DNA of 64,000 nucleotides from Vicinamibacteria bacterium (GCA_964291235.2 OZ219815.1:576001-640000), one strand, 5' to 3'. Shown: positions 21,455 through 31,909, numbered from the stretch's first letter. Notes: generated from the sequence alone by a model not told the origin. Numbers and translations: made by a program.

Positions 21455-23161
21455 TTGAGCCGCCGCGCCCGGAAACACTTCGCGGCGGCGGTGTGTATCA
21501 CCGTTTCGGGTGCGGCCTCCGCTGCGGCCCAGGGGTTCACCGAAGTCACCGAAGCAGCGGGTCTTCGTTTCGTCCACGACGCGGGCGACGAGGGCAACTT
21601 CTCGCTCCCGGAGATCACCGGCGCCGGGGCGGGATTCTTCGATGCCGACGGAGATGGAGATCTCGACATCTATCTGCTCCAGGGCGGCCGGCCGGCCGAC
21701 CCCGCGGGCCCGCGTCCGGGAGCGCCCGGCAACGTCCTCTATCTCCAGGGACCGCCGGGAACTTTTGTGGATGCCAGCGACGCCTCGGGGACGGCCGACA
21801 CCGGCTACGGGATGGGACTCGCGGCGGGAGACTTCGACGGGGATGGGCGTACCGATCTCTTCGTCACGAACTACGGGCCGGATGTCCTCTACCGGAGTCT
21901 CGGCGACGGACGCTTCGAAGACGTGACCGCGGCGGCGGGCGTCGCCGGGGAGGGATGGTCCTCGTCCGCCACCTTCTGCGACTACGACGCCGACGGACGC
22001 CTCGACCTCTACGTCACCCGGTACGTCAGAAACGACCCGGCGAAGCTCTGCACCCAGCAGGACGGGAGCCGCGACTATTGCAGTCCCCAGGTGTTCCCCG
22101 GAGCCCATGACTACCTCTACCGGAACCTGGGCAGGGGCCGTTTCGAGGACGTTTCCCTCGCCTCGGGACTGCGGACGGTGCACGCGCCCGGCCTCGGGGT
22201 GGTCTGCCATGACTTCGACGGCGACCGGCGTCTCGACTTCTATGTGGCGAACGACGGAGAAGCGAACCAGCTCTGGCTGAACCAGGGGCCGGGCGGCTTC
22301 GCCGACGACGCCTTCCTCGCCGGCGTGGCCCTGAACGACGCCGGACGGCCCGAGGCGGGGATGGGGATCGCGCTGGGAGACGTGGACGCCGATCTCGATC
22401 TCGACCTCTTCATCACCCACGTCGCGGACGAGACGAACACCCTCTACCGGAGCGACGGTTCGGACCTTGGGTTGTCCTTCGCCGACCGCACCGGCCCTTC
22501 CGGCCTCGGCCCAGCGAGCATGGCGATGACGGGTTTCGGGACCGGGTTCGCAGACCTGGATCTCGACGGCGCGCTGGACCTCGTGGTCGCGAACGGCCGG
22601 GTCCAGCGGAAACCCGCGCTTCCGGGAGCTCTCGGTGACGCTTTCTGGAGGGTCTTCGGCGAGCCGAACCAGGTGTTCCGAAACGGCGGCACGCAGGGGA
22701 ACGACGCCCTCTTTGCCGGTTTCGAGAGTGCCGGGGACTTCGACGGGGTCATCGAAGTCAGCCGCGGGCTGGCGCTCGGGGACTATGACGAGGACGGCGA
22801 TCTCGACCTGCTGCTCGCGAACGCGGAAGGACCCGCCCGCCTCTATCGGAACGACTTCGAGCGGAGCGGATCGCCGCTCCGCGTGACCACCCTCGACGCC
22901 GCGGGAAGGCCTGCGTTTCCGGCCGTGGTGACCGCGGTCTTGGCGGACGGCGCCCGCTCGGTACGCCGCGCCGACCCGGGCGGAAGCTATCTGGCGACCG
23001 GCGATCCGCGCGCGTTCTTTGCAGTCCCGCCGAACGGCGAGGTGACCGAATTTGAGGTGATCTGGCCGGATGGGAATCGCGAAGCCTTTCCCGGAACCGG
23101 TAGCGCAACCGTCAGCCTGAGGCAGGGCGGCGGCGAGCCCCGCCAGGAAACTCGCCGGTAA
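21455..23161 (+). CDS. CRTAC1-family FG-GAP repeat / ASPIC-UnbV protein
   Basis: Repeated DxDGDGxxD motifs; SRGLALGD; C-terminal GGSYLA..V.WPDG. Confidence 0.9.
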   Translation: MSRRARKHFAAAVCITVSGAASAAAQGFTEVTEAAGLRFVHDAGDEGNFSLPEITGAGAGFFDADGDGDLDIYLLQGGRPADPAGPRPGAPGNVLYLQGPPGTFVDASDASGTADTGYGMGLAAGDFDGDGRTDLFVTNYGPDVLYRSLGDGRFEDVTAAAGVAGEGWSSSATFCDYDADGRLDLYVTRYVRNDPAKLCTQQDGSRDYCSPQVFPGAHDYLYRNLGRGRFEDVSLASGLRTVHAPGLGVVCHDFDGDRRLDFYVANDGEANQLWLNQGPGGFADDAFLAGVALNDAGRPEAGMGIALGDVDADLDLDLFITHVADETNTLYRSDGSDLGLSFADRTGPSGLGPASMAMTGFGTGFADLDLDGALDLVVANGRVQRKPALPGALGDAFWRVFGEPNQVFRNGGTQGNDALFAGFESAGDFDGVIEVSRGLALGDYDEDGDLDLLLANAEGPARLYRNDFERSGSPLRVTTLDAAGRPAFPAVVTAVLADGARSVRRADPGGSYLATGDPRAFFAVPPNGEVTEFEVIWPDGNREAFPGTGSATVSLRQGGGEPRQETRR

Positions 23162-23164
23162 ACG

Positions 23165-24724
23165 ATGGCCCGATCCCGGCAACCTCGGAAAGGACGGCCG
23201 GAGAAGTCGCGACCCGGCCGACCAAGACCCGAGGCGGCTCGCAGCGGCACCCGCCGGACCGCCAGCCAGCCGATCGCGGCAAGCCCACCGAACGCGAAGA
23301 AGCCGCGTGCTCTCTGGCTCGGAGCCGGCGCGGTCGTCGTGGCCATCGTCCTCATGGTCGCCCTGCGCGCCGGCCCCGACCTTCCCGACCCTCCGGAACC
23401 CGATCTGTCCGGGGCGGAGCCGGAAGTCGCCGAGGTGATTCGGCGCACCAGAGCGGCAGTGCTCGACGAATCCGGTTCTCCCGACCGCTGGGCCACCCTG
23501 GGCGCCGCTTTCCTGGCCCACGAATTCCACCCCGAAGCTGCCGCCGCGTACGCCGCCGCCGGGACGCTGGCGCCGGACGACTACCGCTTTCGTTACCTGC
23601 GGGCCAGGTCGCTCTGGCGGGCGGACCCCGAAGCGGCGGAAGCCGCGATCCTCGAAGCGGTCCGCCTGAATCCGGGCTACGCCCCCGCCTACCTACTGGC
23701 GGGACAGCTCGCCGAGGACCGCACCGATCCCGAAGCCGCCAAGGAGCACTATCGGGCGGCGCTCGACCGGCTCGGCGGAACCCGGTCGGCGCCGGCCAAC
23801 ACCGCGGCGGCGAGTTTCCGCCTGGGGCGGCTGCTCGCCGGCGACGGAAACCTCGACGAGGCCCTCCCCCTGCTCGAAGAGGCCGAGGCGCTCGCTCCGG
23901 AATCCGGGGCGGTGGCCGCCGCGCTGGCCCGGGTGTACCGGCGGACCGGCGACGGCGAGAGAGCGCGCGCCGCCGCGGAGCGCGCCCGCAGTCTTGATCA
24001 CGACCTGCTGATCAGCGATCCGCTGATGGACGCCGTGAACAACGTGGCGGTCTCGGTCATCGGCAAGGAACGCCGCGCATTCGCCGCCGAGGGCGCGGGG
24101 CGTCCGGAAATCGCGGAACGCCTGCTGCGCGAAATGATCCGGTCGCGTCCGGAGGCCGCCGATCTCTTCTACAACCTCGGCAACAACCTCTCGCGACAGG
24201 GGAGGAACGACGAAGCGCTCGTCGCCTGGAGCACCGCCCTGGAGAAAAACCCCGACCACGTGGCGGCGCTGATCAACTCGAGCATCGTCCTCGCACAGTC
24301 GGGCAGTCTCGCCGAAGCGGAACGGCGCTGCCGGAGGGCGCTGGAAGTCCAGCCGAACCATCCGGGCGCCCTCTCCAGCCTGGGCAGCATCGCGGCGCTG
24401 GGCGGCCGGAGAACCGAGGCGCTCAGCTGGTTCCGGCGGGCGCTCGAACAGGAACCCGAGCGGGCGGGGACCCACGATTCGATCGCCCAGGTGCTGGCGG
24501 CGAGCCGCCAGTTCAACGAGGCCATCCGCCATTTCCGGATCGCGGTCGCCAAGGAGCCGTTCCGGGGGGACTTTCGGCTGGGACTCGCCGCCACCCTCGC
24601 CTCCACCGGCGATTTCGAGGGCGCCTGGGAGGTGGCCCACGACGCGCGCCGGCTCGGGGTCGAGCTTCCCCCGAACTTCCTGGGAATGCTGCGCCAGGCG
24701 ATGCCGGAACCCGCGTTCCGCTGA
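23165..24724 (+). CDS. Membrane-anchored TPR protein
   Basis: TM helix followed by many TPR repeats (YNLGNNL..G..EA...AL..NP). Confidence 0.88.
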   Translation: MARSRQPRKGRPEKSRPGRPRPEAARSGTRRTASQPIAASPPNAKKPRALWLGAGAVVVAIVLMVALRAGPDLPDPPEPDLSGAEPEVAEVIRRTRAAVLDESGSPDRWATLGAAFLAHEFHPEAAAAYAAAGTLAPDDYRFRYLRARSLWRADPEAAEAAILEAVRLNPGYAPAYLLAGQLAEDRTDPEAAKEHYRAALDRLGGTRSAPANTAAASFRLGRLLAGDGNLDEALPLLEEAEALAPESGAVAAALARVYRRTGDGERARAAAERARSLDHDLLISDPLMDAVNNVAVSVIGKERRAFAAEGAGRPEIAERLLREMIRSRPEAADLFYNLGNNLSRQGRNDEALVAWSTALEKNPDHVAALINSSIVLAQSGSLAEAERRCRRALEVQPNHPGALSSLGSIAALGGRRTEALSWFRRALEQEPERAGTHDSIAQVLAASRQFNEAIRHFRIAVAKEPFRGDFRLGLAATLASTGDFEGAWEVAHDARRLGVELPPNFLGMLRQAMPEPAFR

Positions 24725-24964
24725 AGCGCGGGACTCCGGCAGGCGCCGGCCCACACCAGGGGGTTGGACATTCGGCGGCGTCCGGCCGTATCATCGCTCC
24801 ACGATTTTGAATTCACCGCGCCGTTTCTGGATCAACACAGCCACCCGGAATTCCAACCTATTGAAAAACCTGATAGATGCAGGACACCCGGCCAGAGTCT
24901 TCGGTGGCATGTCAGTTGCGAGTTGCGGTCATCAATCTTTGTCTTACCCGTTGAAGGAGGGACC

Positions 24965-27859
24965 ATGAGAAAGATTCTTCTCGCTCTTCTGTTCGTGACG
25001 ATTGCCGTCCCGGCACTCGCGCAGCAGCAGTACGGGCGCCTTGAAGGCGCGGCCCGTGACTCCCAGGGACTCTCTCTCCCCGGGGTGTCCGTCAACCTCT
25101 CCGGTGAGGCCATCATCGGAAGCCGGAACGCCACCACCGACGTGGACGGCTCCTACCGGTTCCAGGCGCTGCCTCCGGGCGACTACACCATCGTGTTCGA
25201 ACTCAGCGGTTTCCAGACCGTCGTGTTCGAGGACATTCGGGTGGTGACCGGCGCGACCTTCTCGGTGAATGCCGACATGCAGATCGCGACGGTGGCCGAG
25301 ACGGTCACGGTGACCGGCGAGTCGCCGGTGGTGGACGTGAAGTCCACCGGCGTGGCGGCGACCTTCGACAAGACGCAATTGGACGAGGTTCCCACCGCAA
25401 CCGACATGTGGGCGGTGCTGCACCAGAGCCCGGGAGTCCGGGTCCAGGGTTACGACGTGGGCGGCTCGCACAAGAGCCAGCAGTCCATGTACGAGACCTT
25501 CGGCGTGCGGAGCCAGAACCGGGTCCTCTACGAGGGTGTGAACACCACGGAAGGCACCGGCTCGGCTGGCGGTTACTACGACTACTACGCGATGGAGGAA
25601 ATGCAGGTTTCGGCGCAGGGCGCGGACGTGGAGATGTCCACCCCGGGCGCGCAGATCCAGACGACCGTCAAGAGCGGCGGTAACGACTTCTCCGGCCTCC
25701 AGAGCGGGGCCTGGAATCCCCCGGATCTGATCGCCGACAACTTCACCTCCGAATTGGGCGCGCGGGACGGCTCCCCGTCACCGGTGCTCTCGTTCTACGA
25801 GTTCCACCTCGACCTCGGCGGCCCCATCGTCCGGGACAAGGCCTGGTTCTACGCGGCCTACAACAACTTCTACATCGATACGGCGATCTCCGGCGTGGAC
25901 CAGAACCTGGCCACGGACATCGGCGACTTCGACATCTTCACCGCGAAGGTGAACTACCAGATCACCGAGCGCGACCAGTTCATCGGGTTCTCCACCTGGT
26001 CCTGGAAGCGGAAGCCCAACCGCGGCCTCTCCGCGACCCGTCCCGCCGAATCCATCCTCGCTCAGGACTACTGGATCTGGCTGCACAAGGCCGAGTGGCA
26101 GCGCGTCTGGAGCGACCGCTTCTTCTCCAACATCATGATCGGCCACATGGGAACGACCTGGCCCATGGTCCCCAAGGGGGATCCGATCAACGGGAACGAG
26201 CCGCGCTTCAACCTCGCCAGCAGCCATGTGTCGGGCGCCGGGTGGCAACCGTTTACCAGGAACCGCTGGAAGCCGCAGAGCACGGCCCAGTTCAACTACT
26301 ACGTCCCGATCGGCAACGGCAGCCACGACTTCAAGTTCGGCTGGGACTGGCAGATCGACAGCGAACTCCGCGGGTTCAACACGAACTCCGGCGCCTTCCG
26401 GTACCGCGACGATCCGGGCCAGGGCCGCCCGCACAACGTGCACCAGATCGACCTCGTGGGAGTTCCCAACCTGGTGGAAAACCCCAACATGCACGCGGAC
26501 TTCTTCGTGCAGGACGTGTGGACCGTCAACGACCGCCTGACCCTGATGGCCGGCATCCGGGTAGGCAGCCAGATCCTCACGTACCTCGAGGCGGACAACT
26601 CCCCTGGCAGCCCGTGTCAGGACGTCTTGCAGTGCCAGTTCGAACTCCCGGCCAATCAGAGCCAGATCCTCATGGACGTCTTTGGCACCGGCGGCATCAC
26701 CCCGGGTGACGATGTGTTCAGCCACTGGAACATCGCTCCCCGCGTCGGGCTGACCTACGACCTGACTGGTGAGGGTTCCACGGTCTTCAAGACCTACTTC
26801 GGGCGCTACTTCTCGAACATCGGGACCGGCCTCTTGTCCGCGAACCCGGGTGGCCAGCCTTCCGCCCGCTACGAATTCCTCGACCAGAACATGAACGGAA
26901 TCCTCGACGATTCTTCGGAACTCGGACAGCAGCTCTCGTTCACCGCGGGCGCCGGGTCCGGCTCCACAACGCCGATCGATCCGAACTGGACGCTCCCCTG
27001 GGCGGACGAGTTGAGCGCCTCGGTCGAGCACGAGCTCACCGCCGACCTCGGTGCGCGGGCGTCGTATGTGTACAAGCGGATGCGCAACACCTGGAGCAGC
27101 TACGACCAGGCCGACCTGGGCCGGAACACCCCGATCTCGATTCCGACCTGCGACGGGTGTCCCGCGGGTTACAACCGGTCGTTCAACCTGCTCCTCTACC
27201 CCGAGGAACTGGTCGGCACGACGGACAACCTCACCACGAACCACCCGGCCGGCGAGAGCGACATGGACTTCCACACCGTTTCGCTCGGACTGAACAAGCG
27301 GTTCCGGAGCAATTTCTTCTACAACGTGTACTTCGACTACCAGTGGCGCTCCGAGCCGCGGAGCCCGGGCGGGTCGTCCAGCGGCTGGGCAACCAGCTCG
27401 CCGCTGTCTTCCGACCCCACGTCGCAAGGCTGGTTCTTCAACTACGATCAGGACATTCCGACCGTTCAGGATACGACCACGTATCAGTTGAAGACTTCGG
27501 CGCGGTATGTCTTGCCGTTCGAGATCGGTTTGGCGGGAACGTATCGGTTCGTGAGTGGGTTCAACTTCGCGCCGACCCACCGCAACCTGGTGTATGACGG
27601 ACGGGTGACGGTCACCTCTTGGCTCGCCCCCATGAATGAGGACCGCTCCCCGAATGTGACGATCGTGGACTTCCGCCTCGACAAGGGCTTCGCCTTGAGC
27701 GATCGCATGAACGTGCAGGTCATTCTCGATGTCTTCAACGCGATGAATGCCAACACGGTCACGAACTTCCAGTTGCTCGATTCGGTGGTGCCCTATCAAC
27801 GAATCGTCGAGTACCTGAAAGGACGAACGATCGGCCTATCGGCGCGACTTACCTTCTGA
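24965..27859 (+). CDS. TonB-dependent receptor, paralog 2
   Basis: GAAGGAGG RBS; same architecture and GYDVGGSHKSQQ motif as paralog 1; ends RLTF. Confidence 0.9.
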   Translation: MRKILLALLFVTIAVPALAQQQYGRLEGAARDSQGLSLPGVSVNLSGEAIIGSRNATTDVDGSYRFQALPPGDYTIVFELSGFQTVVFEDIRVVTGATFSVNADMQIATVAETVTVTGESPVVDVKSTGVAATFDKTQLDEVPTATDMWAVLHQSPGVRVQGYDVGGSHKSQQSMYETFGVRSQNRVLYEGVNTTEGTGSAGGYYDYYAMEEMQVSAQGADVEMSTPGAQIQTTVKSGGNDFSGLQSGAWNPPDLIADNFTSELGARDGSPSPVLSFYEFHLDLGGPIVRDKAWFYAAYNNFYIDTAISGVDQNLATDIGDFDIFTAKVNYQITERDQFIGFSTWSWKRKPNRGLSATRPAESILAQDYWIWLHKAEWQRVWSDRFFSNIMIGHMGTTWPMVPKGDPINGNEPRFNLASSHVSGAGWQPFTRNRWKPQSTAQFNYYVPIGNGSHDFKFGWDWQIDSELRGFNTNSGAFRYRDDPGQGRPHNVHQIDLVGVPNLVENPNMHADFFVQDVWTVNDRLTLMAGIRVGSQILTYLEADNSPGSPCQDVLQCQFELPANQSQILMDVFGTGGITPGDDVFSHWNIAPRVGLTYDLTGEGSTVFKTYFGRYFSNIGTGLLSANPGGQPSARYEFLDQNMNGILDDSSELGQQLSFTAGAGSGSTTPIDPNWTLPWADELSASVEHELTADLGARASYVYKRMRNTWSSYDQADLGRNTPISIPTCDGCPAGYNRSFNLLLYPEELVGTTDNLTTNHPAGESDMDFHTVSLGLNKRFRSNFFYNVYFDYQWRSEPRSPGGSSSGWATSSPLSSDPTSQGWFFNYDQDIPTVQDTTTYQLKTSARYVLPFEIGLAGTYRFVSGFNFAPTHRNLVYDGRVTVTSWLAPMNEDRSPNVTIVDFRLDKGFALSDRMNVQVILDVFNAMNANTVTNFQLLDSVVPYQRIVEYLKGRTIGLSARLTF

Positions 27860-27881
27860 CCCTTCCGGGTCAACCCAAAAC

Positions 27882-27924
27882 AAGGCCCGTCGGTCCCGCA
27901 AGGGGCCGGCGGGTCTTTCCTTTT
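27882..27924 (+). terminator. Rho-independent terminator
   Basis: Hairpin aggcccgtcggtccc-gcaa-ggggccggcgggtct (GNRA loop) followed by ttcctttt, just after the receptor stop. Confidence 0.8.
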
Positions 27925-27951
27925 GGGCGCGACTTCGGCCAAGATCGCCTC

Positions 27952-29895
27952 GTGCCTTCGTCCCGATTCGCCGTGGTCGCGTTCCTGCTGGCGACGACTT
28001 GGGCCTGCGGCGCTGGCGGTGATCGCCAGGACGCGCAACGGGACACCGAACCCGTCGAGGCCCCCCGAAACCCGCTTCGAGATCCGGGGGAGGGGACAGG
28101 CGCGGAGGTCTGCGGAGCGTGCCACGCGGAGATCGCCGCCGTACAGGCGGACCACCCGATGGCCCAAACCGCCGGTGCGGTGACCGAAGACACGCGCGAC
28201 CGCTGGTTTTCGGACGAGATGCTCGCGCGAGCTGTCTCCTGGCAAGCGGGAATCGGTCCGCAACCAGCCTACGAACCGCTGACCGAAGGCACGGTCCGGT
28301 TGGCCGTTCCCGGTGCGGATTCGTCCGCGGTTCCCGTGGACGCGGTCTTCGGGTCCGGCCTCCGGGGGCTGACTCCCGTTTCCTTTGCACCCGGCGCCCG
28401 GCTTCGTGAGTTGCGACTCTCGTTCTCTCACGCTCGGAATGGGTGGATCCCGACTCCGGGCGGCGAGGACGACGAGGACCCGCTCGGCGACCTCGACACC
28501 GTAGAGGAGAGCGCGAGCTGCATCGGCTGCCACGCCACCGCGCTCGCCTGGGACGAAGAAGGTCGCTTCGATCCGCACCGGGCGGTGCTCGGTGTCTCCT
28601 GCGAGCGTTGCCACGGCTCGGGGATCACCCACGTGGAAGCCCAGTCCGCGGGAGGCGAACCCGGGCCCATCTTCCACCCGGGACGGCTGTCTCCGGCTGA
28701 CCAGGTCGCCTTCTGCGGGCAGTGCCACCGCCAGCCGACCGACTTCGAGCCGCGGGAGATCCTGGCCCGCGACCCGCTGCTCGCGCGCCACGCCGGAGCG
28801 AGCCTGATGATGAGCGCGTGTTTCCGGGAATCGCCCCCGGAGCAGACCATCACCTGCACCGAGTGTCACGACCCTCATCGCGCCGAGCCCGCCGGGCCGG
28901 ATCGAACCCGCGCCGTCTGCTCGCGTTGCCACGCGGACGCCGCCGCGTTGCACCTCCAGACTCCCGTGACGAGCGAGTCGGACTGCGCCGGGTGCCACCT
29001 GCCGTCCCAGAGCGAGGCGTTTGACGGCACCCCGTTCACCGACCACTGGATCCGGCGTCCCGGAGGGCCGCCGACCCGGGGCTCCGCCGCCGGCCGCCGC
29101 GAACTCACCTGGCTGGAAGAGCTCTATCAGCGGCGGATGCCCGAGGAGAACCCTCCCGCCAAGGCCGCCCGCCTGCGGGCGGGCCTCGCGGAGCTATTGC
29201 ATGTCCGCGGCGCCCGGAGCGAGGCGCAGATGCTGCTCCGGGAGGCGCTGGACCTCGGCCCGGACTATGAAACCCGGTTGAAGGCCGGCGCTTTGTTCCG
29301 GGACGGCGGGCAGACCCGAGAGGCGCTGGCCGTCTTTCGGGAAGCGGCGGCCGAGCGGCCCGGAAGGCCGCACGCGCACTACGAACTTGGCGACACACTG
29401 CTGCAATCCGGCGCCTACGCGAATGCAGTGGCGCCGCTCACCACCGCTGCCGAACTCAGCAGGGATTCCGCGGGGGTGTATGCCGCGCTCGGCGCGGCGC
29501 TCCTGGGGGCCGACCGTCCCGCAGACGCGGTCGCGGCGTTTCGGGAGGCGCTGGAGCAGGAACCCGGCCTGCCGGCGGCGCTCGGGCCCCTGGCCGGAAT
29601 CCTCGCCACGCATCCCCGGCGCGATCTCAGGAATCCAGCGGAAGCGCTTCGTCTGGCCGAGCGCCTCGCCGGGCAGTTCTCCTTCCAGGAACCTCGATCC
29701 CTGGATCTCTTCGGTGCCGCCTACGCGGCCACTGGTGACTTCCCGAATGCGATGCAGGCGGCGGAACGCGCCGCCACCCTGGCCGATCGATCTGGATCGG
29801 CCGACCTGGCAACAGCGATCCGCCAGCGACTCACCCTCTACCGCGCCGGTCGTTCCTACGTGGGCCCGCTGCCCACCGCTGCTATCAGGCCCTGA
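27952..29895 (+). CDS. Multiheme c-type cytochrome fused to TPR repeats (probable lipoprotein)
   Basis: Seven CxxCH motifs (CGACH, CIGCH, CERCH, CGQCH, CTECH, CSRCH, CAGCH), FTDHWI, C-terminal TPRs, WAC lipobox-like site. Confidence 0.88.
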   Translation: MPSSRFAVVAFLLATTWACGAGGDRQDAQRDTEPVEAPRNPLRDPGEGTGAEVCGACHAEIAAVQADHPMAQTAGAVTEDTRDRWFSDEMLARAVSWQAGIGPQPAYEPLTEGTVRLAVPGADSSAVPVDAVFGSGLRGLTPVSFAPGARLRELRLSFSHARNGWIPTPGGEDDEDPLGDLDTVEESASCIGCHATALAWDEEGRFDPHRAVLGVSCERCHGSGITHVEAQSAGGEPGPIFHPGRLSPADQVAFCGQCHRQPTDFEPREILARDPLLARHAGASLMMSACFRESPPEQTITCTECHDPHRAEPAGPDRTRAVCSRCHADAAALHLQTPVTSESDCAGCHLPSQSEAFDGTPFTDHWIRRPGGPPTRGSAAGRRELTWLEELYQRRMPEENPPAKAARLRAGLAELLHVRGARSEAQMLLREALDLGPDYETRLKAGALFRDGGQTREALAVFREAAAERPGRPHAHYELGDTLLQSGAYANAVAPLTTAAELSRDSAGVYAALGAALLGADRPADAVAAFREALEQEPGLPAALGPLAGILATHPRRDLRNPAEALRLAERLAGQFSFQEPRSLDLFGAAYAATGDFPNAMQAAERAATLADRSGSADLATAIRQRLTLYRAGRSYVGPLPTAAIRP

Positions 29896-30004
29896 CATCC
29901 GCTTCCGCGGATCATCGAACGAGCCGGAGCCGCAACGCGCGGGTACACTGCGTGGCCCGGCCATGTCCGAAACGGTTGGCCTCAATTTCCCAAGGAGCGG
30001 CACC

Positions 30005-31123
30005 ATGCGCGACGTGAAGATCCTCTTGCTGGCGGGTGGCCTGGCGTTCGCCGTCTCTGGCTGTGGCGGCGACATGCCCTCCGAAATGGAGGAGCCGGCG
30101 GGGAACGCCGACCTCATCCAGCGGAACCTGCCAAACCCGAATCCGGTGGTGATCACCCAGTGGGCGGATCTCCCGGACGGACGGACGTGGGGCTCCACGG
30201 CGGGCGTGGACATCGACCCGGATGGCCATGTGTGGGTCTATGACCGCTGCGGCGCAAACGCGCTGGCCGGAGGCTGCGAGGAGAACCCCGACGTGAATCC
30301 GGTCCTGAAGTACGACCGCCACACCGGCGAGTTGCTCGCGGAGTTCGGCGCCGGACTCTTTGTCCTGCCCCATGGTCTCCATGTGGATAGCGACGGCAAC
30401 GTCTGGGTCACCGATTCGCAGGGCAACGAGGCGGGCACCAAGGGACACCAGGTCATCAAGTTCAGTCCCGAGGGCGAAGTGCTCCTGCGCCTCGGGGTCG
30501 CCGGGCAGCCGGGCACCGGCCCCGGCCAGCTCTACGAGCCCTGCGACGTCATCACCGCGCCGAATGGCGACATCTTCGTCTCGGACGGCCACAGTGGGCA
30601 GAATCCGGATCCCCCGGAAGGGCGCACCGGACGCATCCTCAAGTACGACTCCGAAGGCAACTTCATCAAGGAGTGGGGCATCATCGGCTTCCGGCCGGGG
30701 CAGCTCCGCACGCCGCACGCCCTCGAGTTCGACTCCCAGGGTCGGCTGTTCGTGGCCGACCGGGGCAACCACCGAATCCAGATCTTCGACCAGGACGGGA
30801 ACCTGCTGGACACCTACTACCAGTTCAGCCGGATCAGCGGGCTGTTCATCACCGATGACGACATGCTCTACGCGATCGACTCCGAGTCCACCGAGACGAA
30901 CCACTACGGGTGGCTGAACGGAGTCCGGATCGGCCACGCCAGCGAGGACAAGGTGACGGCGTTCATTCCGCCGCATTACCCAACCGAGGGCCGGGTGCTT
31001 CAGGGCGTCGCGGGCGAGGGCGTCGCGGTGGACGAGGACGGCAACGTATTCGTGGCCGAAGGGCCGGCCTCGCGTCCAACGGCCGGCGGCGGCCTTACCA
31101 AGTACGAACGCGCCCAGGAGTGA
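30005..31123 (+). CDS. NHL-repeat lipoprotein (peptidyl-alpha-hydroxyglycine alpha-amidating lyase-like)
   Basis: AAGGAG RBS, VSGC lipobox, PHGLHVDSDGNVWVTD, VADRGNHRIQIFD. Confidence 0.88.
   Translation: MRDVKILLLAGGLAFAVSGCGGDMPSEMEEPAGNADLIQRNLPNPNPVVITQWADLPDGRTWGSTAGVDIDPDGHVWVYDRCGANALAGGCEENPDVNPVLKYDRHTGELLAEFGAGLFVLPHGLHVDSDGNVWVTDSQGNEAGTKGHQVIKFSPEGEVLLRLGVAGQPGTGPGQLYEPCDVITAPNGDIFVSDGHSGQNPDPPEGRTGRILKYDSEGNFIKEWGIIGFRPGQLRTPHALEFDSQGRLFVADRGNHRIQIFDQDGNLLDTYYQFSRISGLFITDDDMLYAIDSESTETNHYGWLNGVRIGHASEDKVTAFIPPHYPTEGRVLQGVAGEGVAVDEDGNVFVAEGPASRPTAGGGLTKYERAQE
31088..31123 (+). repeat. 36-bp direct repeat, copy A (3' end of the NHL gene)
   Basis: ggcggccttaccaagtacgaacgcgcccaggagtga; 32/36 identical to 31856-31891. 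Confidence 0.85.
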
Positions 31124-31148
31124 TTCCCGAGAATCATCCCGGCCAGCG

Positions 31149-31394
31149 ATGCGCACCGTTACCGAACGGCAGCTTCGCAACGATGTCACGGCCATCTTGC
31201 ATCGAGTAGAGGCAGGTGAGCATCGGACCGTTCCCTGCAACGGGAAGCCGGTGGCGGAACTGAGGCCGGTGGCGGTTCGCCGGTTTGTACCCAGGGCGGT
31301 AGTCAAGGCAGCGGCCGCGACGGGACCGCGCATCGATGCCGAGCGGTTTCACACTGACCTCGATGCGCTCGTAATTCAGGATATCGACGTCTGA
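31149..31394 (+). CDS. Phd/YefM-family antitoxin
   Basis: MRTVTERQLRN....L.RVEAGE...V..NGKPVAELRP. Confidence 0.88.
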   Translation: MRTVTERQLRNDVTAILHRVEAGEHRTVPCNGKPVAELRPVAVRRFVPRAVVKAAAATGPRIDAERFHTDLDALVIQDIDV

Positions 31395-31407
31395 AGAAAA
31401 CCCTTCA

Positions 31408-31820
31408 TTGCCTTCCCGAGCGTTGGACAGTGTTCGCGGTCTCTTTGACAATTCCGTCGTCATTGACCTGGACTTGATCAACAGCGACGACCTTCCGGAC
31501 GACACCGCAATCTCCGCCGTCACGCTCGCCGAACTCGCCGCGGGTCCGCACGCCGCGTTGGACGAGCCGGAGCGCGGCCGCCGGCAAGACCGGTTGCAGT
31601 GGGCAGCCTCGAACTGGGGTCCGCTCCCACTCGATGCAGAGGTCGCCCGCGCCTACGGCCGTGTTTGCGCAACGATGCGCGGCAGCAGTCGTGCAAGCCG
31701 CCGCCGGCTGGCTGACCTGCTCATCGCGGCGACCGCTCTGGCTCACGGACTGCCGCTGCTTACGCGAAATCCGCCGATGTCTCCGGTCTGGAGGATCTCG
31801 TCCAGATCAAGGCCGTGTGA
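31408..31820 (+). pseudogene. VapC/PIN-domain toxin with a 1-base frameshift near 31771
   Basis: FDNSVVID, ISAVTLAEL, ADLLIAATALAHGLPLLTRN; the expected tail (ADVSGLEDLVQIKAV*) continues in another frame to TGA at 31820. Confidence 0.82.
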
Positions 31821-31855
31821 ATCGCGGGTCGGAGTTCTTGCGCCTGGTCGCGGCC

Positions 31856-31891
31856 GGCGGCCTCACCAAGTACGAACGCACCCAGGAGTAG
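31856..31891 (+). repeat. 36-bp direct repeat, copy B
   Basis: ggcggcctcaccaagtacgaacgcacccaggagtag (encodes GGLTKYERTQE*). Confidence 0.85.
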
Positions 31892-31909
31892 CCTTCGGAG
31901 CGCGCGCTT

